A DNA stretch of 64,000 bases. Source: Octopus vulgaris (Eukaryota). Location of the stretch: assembly GCA_951406725.2 (NCBI GenBank), contig OX597828.1, positions 73,532,001 through 73,596,000 on the forward strand, given 5' to 3'. Below the pieces are notes generated by a model that worked only from the letters and a program-made list of their open reading frames with translations, did not search any database and had not been told where the DNA came from. Numbering within the stretch: position 1 is the first letter of the stretch; each line of letters begins with the position of its first letter. The position numbers and the translations under genes are program-made. Of the stretch, positions 59,403 through 64,000 are shown piece after piece.

Positions 59403-59622
59403 GTCAACCTATAAATATTGGGGCTTTTCAATTGCATAAACTAAAAGTCAGATGGGGACGAGGTAAACTACCTACATCAACTTGATATAAAAGCAGGTAG
59501 CAATTTTGCCTTCTAATTAGTCTTAGTGCAAGTTTTGAAGAGTGCAGCCTGACTTTTAACTGTTACTTTTTCAAAGCTATAATGGAAGCAATGCAACAGA
59601 AAGTGTGAGGAATATTAATGCA

Positions 59623-59951
59623 TCATCATCATCATCATCATTGTTCGACCGTGGTCGAGACAATGCAATTTACTATGTTACGCCAGACTTCACGGTCCAT
59701 CATAGCATTACGCAGGTCCTGTTGCTGGATGCCTGTATCCCGGGAGACTACATCAGGGTAGGAGAGTGTGCGCCCTCTGGTATTGCGAGTAGATGGCTTC
59801 CAGAGGAGAAGAGTAGAAATTACTTCTTTTTCAGCTCTACAACAATGTCCAGCAAACTGGACTCTCCTACCTTTCACAAGAGATGACACAGGTGGTAGTC
59901 TCCCATATATTTGCATTTTGGTTGGATGGCGCCTCCACGAGAGATTTTGAT
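59623..59951 (-). mobile_element. 5'-truncated RTE-clade LINE with 11-bp TSD
   Basis: RRVQFAGHCCR...LLWKP...AMMDREVWR; (TGA)n tail; TSD atattaatgca at 59612-59622 and 59952-59962. Confidence 0.88.
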
Positions 59952-60162
59952 ATATTAATGCAATATATGGGGATTGGACAATAATCATAAGCCAGTGTCA
60001 ACAATAGTTCCAGAAATCCAGAGCAGGAAACTACAGCCTACAAGATGGGTTTCGACGTGAAAGATCTGTAGAGCTCGATGAGGAAATTCCACAAACCACG
60101 TCGGAATAAAACCCCATCGTAACAAACCGGGAAACTTGGATTTCGTCATTCAACCATTCATC

Positions 60163-60362
60163 CTTTTCTTTATTACCCACAAGGAGCTAAACACAGGGAG
60201 GACAAACAAGGACAGATAAACGAATTAAGTCGATTATATCGACCCCAGTGCGTAACTGGTACTTAATTTATCGACCCCGAAAGGATGAAAGGCAAAGTCG
60301 ACCTCGGCGGAATTTGAACTTAGAACGTAACGGCAGACAAAATACGGCTACGCATTTCGCCC
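60163..60362 (-). mobile_element. 5'-truncated Deu/Nin-domain SINE with 10-bp TSD
   Basis: TSD accattcatc at 60153-60162 and 60363-60372; matches 22458-22666. Confidence 0.88.
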
Positions 60363-61153
60363 ACCATTCATCGACACCTGCATACCATCAGAAATGTCAG
60401 CAAATTGAGTCAATGGGTTCCCAAAAAACTTGCCGAGTCTAATCGCGCGCAGAGAGTGAATGTATGCTCTTCTTTGCTGTCGCGTCTCACGAGTGGATCC
60501 TTTTGTTGGAGCGAACAATAACTGATGATGAGAAATGGGTTCAGTATAAAAATGTCAAGCGCCGAAGACAGTTGGTAGAGAAAGAAGAAACACCGGCACC
60601 CCCAGGATAAAGAATGTCTTCACCCATGTAGAGTGTTGTCATCTGTGTGGTGGGATATGAAAGGTTTAGTCCACTTTGGACTTTTAAAGCCAAACCAAAC
60701 GATAACGAAGGAGATCTACTGCGAGCAGATTGGGAAGCTTAAGTCAGCGCTAGAAGAAAATAACCAGTTTTGGTTTCAAGACGAAAGGTGTTCTTCCAAA
60801 GCCTGGATCAGTTTGAATGGGTTACAATGCCCCACATACCATATTCGCCGGACATTGCCCCATCTGATTATCATTTATTACGCAGTTTAAAAAAAAAAAT
60901 GAATTCTGTAGACGAGGTCAAAACAGTACTGGAGGAGTATTTTTCAGTACGAACAAGTGAAATTTGGAAGAAGGGGTGGGGCTTGCAAGTCTACCAGATA
61001 AATGGAAGAGCATTGTAGAAAATGGAGGAGAGCATATTTTAGATTTAAAAAGAATTTTGCATATCTTAACTCTGAGAAATAAAATAAGTATAAAAAATCA
61101 CATAATTTATGCAATGACCTTATATATATATATATATGTGTGTGTGTGTATGT

Positions 61154-61189
<36 letters not shown>

Positions 61190-63118
61190 ATGTGAGTATA
61201 TGTGTGTGGAAAACTTTTATTTTATGCCAAGTTATGGCAAATATTATTCCATAATAAACAATTTAACATTAAATTGAAAAATTACGGAAAAATGTTGAGT
61301 AGCGTACAGGTTTATTAAAGTTTAATACAGTATAACTAATTCGTTACAATCACTTTTGTCGTGAAGGTTTTATTAAATAAACACACACACACACGTATAT
61401 AAACCATCGTAAGAAACTCTCAAGAGAGGTCACTAGCTTTTAATAACAAGTATTATATATAAAGATATATGTGTGTGCGTGCGTGTTTGTGTGTATATGT
61501 GCATATATGTATGAATGTGTGATTGTGTTATTGCTACCGTGCATACGCACAACAAAGGGCTACAATTGGGTATTACACTTATGTATATACACACGCACAC
61601 ACATACACACATATATATGCATGTCGCTACATACACACCTACATATATGTACGTGTCTGTGTGTGTGAGAGAGAGAGAGAGAGACTGCGTTTATGTGTGT
61701 AGGGGGTGTTGGAGAGAGTGGTGTGCCCCTGTAACTGAGGCTTTCGCTATTCAGATGCGCAGTACAGCTTTCAGATTTATCAATAAATTACCCGCTACGA
61801 AAACACAGATGCATTTGTTATTTTCCGTTTGCTCTGTTTTTATTGCTGCTGCCTCAAACAAGCAGATATCCTCTGCCATTAATATCATAAATATATCATC
61901 GTGTCAAGAGATATGCCACGGATATAACACATGCTAAATGGGCAGAATATTTATTTCTCAAGTTTGAAACACGAAGCGACGAACAATGGCGAATTGGATG
62001 ATGGCATAGTCAATTGAATCCCGCCACAATATTTAACCGGATTTGCGATGGGACGACAGATCTTCTGCATGATCACCCACCCTTCTTGAAATAATCGCAG
62101 TAACAATCTCTCAAATCGTACTTTGGCCTCTTAAATACAATCTTTTATGTTTACACCATTTGCTGAAGAGAGTGAATTGAGGACAGGGGTTTTATATCGA
62201 TTTAATCCAGTTGAACCATTTGCAGATATTTATGTTATTCGGCCAACCCTGTTTCAGAAGCCCTCGGGGAGAGGAAACAGTTCTGCACATATTCTTATAA
62301 TACTCGGACATTGCTGCACTACTGGTCGTGCTAAAAATCTGCTGTTGTTTATACGTCCGATGAAGCACAGGACAGAGAACACCATAAAAACTCTGTCAAA
62401 TCTTTTGGTTTTTAAGGTGATGCTGTTCCCTTCTCTTTCCTGACTAACAAAAGTGGATTTGCATAACAGAAAATACTGGAGATAACGGAGAATAGATGTT
62501 TTTTCTCATGTGAGACTATGCTTATTTAGCTTTTAAGTTCATTTCCATTGGAAGATGGTAGGGAGTGATATGAGAGTATTTTGTCCATCACTTCTAACAG
62601 GACGAGGGAGCAACAACATTAAAGCATTAAGGCGATGTAAGTGAAACGGTAAATGTGAAAATGTCTGCGGCCTTTACTGCCGGCGTCACAACGTATTCTA
62701 TTGTCCTATTCTGCTGCATTGGCCAAACTACTGACTAAAGAGCGACCATTGATGTTATAACTTATCACACGATCAATTATTGTCGGAGATAAAAACATAT
62801 GCTGTGATATCTCTTTATTATATATAAGTTAATTTATCAAACAGCAGCAATATCAACGGCAGACGATATGTCCTTGGCAACTGCTATATCATCAATTACA
62901 ATGATATTTGAGCATACGTAACACCGAACATAGAAATCTCAAAATGAATATATTTTCCTTGGAGATAATAGGATGATTATAAAAATTAAGATATGATGTT
63001 ATTATTATTATCATTGTTATTGTTGTTGTTGTTATTATTATTATTATCATCATCATTATTATTATTGTTATTATTATTATTATTACCATCATCAATATTA
63101 TCAGCATTATTATTATTG

Positions 63119-63184
<66 letters not shown>

Positions 63185-63185
<1 letters not shown>

Positions 63186-63859
63186 TTTTTTTTTCTTCTT
63201 TCAAATTTTCTTCCATTTCTTGCCGAGTGTCTTCCCGACTCCTAGGGCAAAGAAACTCATAGTATATATTGGTAGGCCATTAAACCAAACTCAGTAGTTA
63301 GTTCATTTTTTTTTTTTTTTTGTTTTAAAGTTAAATTAAAATACATGAGCAGCAACAGTTCTCACATCGACAATGCTCTTCTCAATATGTGTGATGTACC
63401 AGTTAAGACAATCTTTTGCACTTCTTGCAGGGATGGTAAGCCAGGGATCATTCTCATATAATTTTCGGTTCCCTTCTTGATCATTCCTAGTGCTCCTACG
63501 ATCACTGGTATTGTAACCGCCTTGAGATGCCACATTTTCTCAATTTCAATGAGTAGGTCTTTATATTTTCTGAGCTTGTCAAACTCTTTCGCTGAGATAT
63601 TATGATCACAGGGGATGCTCATGTCGATCAATAAGCAAACTTTATTGTTTTGGTCTTTCACAACAATATCTGGTTTATTGGCCTTGATGGTTCGGTCTGT
63701 ATGTACTGGAAAGTCCCACAGAATGGTTACATTTTCTCCTTCAGTTACAGCCTCAGGGTGGTGATTATACCACTTGTCGGCAGTTTTGATATTGTAATGC
63801 CGACTTATTAGCCAGTGTAGATATTGGCCAACTCTGTCATGTCTTAATTTATACTCCAC

Positions 63860-63860
<1 letters not shown>
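63185..63860 (-). mobile_element. Short 5'-truncated family B RLE retrotransposon in (AAT)n
   Basis: ORF 63362-63859 matches the last 165 aa of 27690-28784 apart from V>I near the end; (TAT)n on both sides. Confidence 0.95.
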
Positions 63861-63947
<87 letters not shown>

Positions 63948-63972
63948 TATTAGTAGTAGTAGTAGTAAAACG

Positions 63973-64000
63973 AAGAGCTGGCAGAATTGTTAGTACGCCG
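63973..64000 (+). mobile_element. Start of a Deu/Nin-family SINE head, cut by the window edge
   Basis: gagctggcagaattgttagtacgccg resembles 22464-22489. Confidence 0.5.

Larger units (their letters stand above)
59399..61122 (+). mobile_element. Decayed mariner transposon with two nested insertions
   Basis: Transposase motifs QWVPKKL (WVPHEL), ITDDEKW, VWWDMKG, PYSPDIAPSDYHL; degenerate TIRs ttgggtca..ataaat and atttat..tgacctta flanked by TA; stops and frameshifts. Confidence 0.9.

Overview
AT-rich, microsatellite-saturated eukaryotic DNA with no convincing host protein-coding exon. The repeat inventory suggests a coleoid cephalopod, probably Octopus (inference from SINE types and repeat density, not a database hit). 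Almost all long ORFs in the track are translations of simple repeats. The real coding remnants are all mobile elements: (1) several RLE-endonuclease non-LTR retrotransposons (R4/Dong-like) in (AAT)n tracts, including two near-identical young copies; (2) a Tx1/L1-clade LINE embedded in (TATC)n plus an older relative; (3) RTE and CR1-group 3' fragments; (4) a decayed mariner carrying two nested insertions with TSDs. tRNA-derived SINEs and MITEs are abundant. The most striking signal, invisible in the ORF track, is about 12 type I hammerhead ribozyme (HHR) motifs from about 7 otherwise dissimilar short non-coding families. Most have a palindromic stem III of the Penelope-like element (PLE) type and lie next to (TA)n. 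They include a perfect HHR in a 353-bp terminally redundant unit (retrozyme/circular RNA-like), a tRNA-headed SINE with an HHR inserted as a head-to-head inverted pair inside a 13-bp TSD, and a perfect 60-bp inverted repeat with a complete HHR. All pairings were read by eye; no folding or database search was run.
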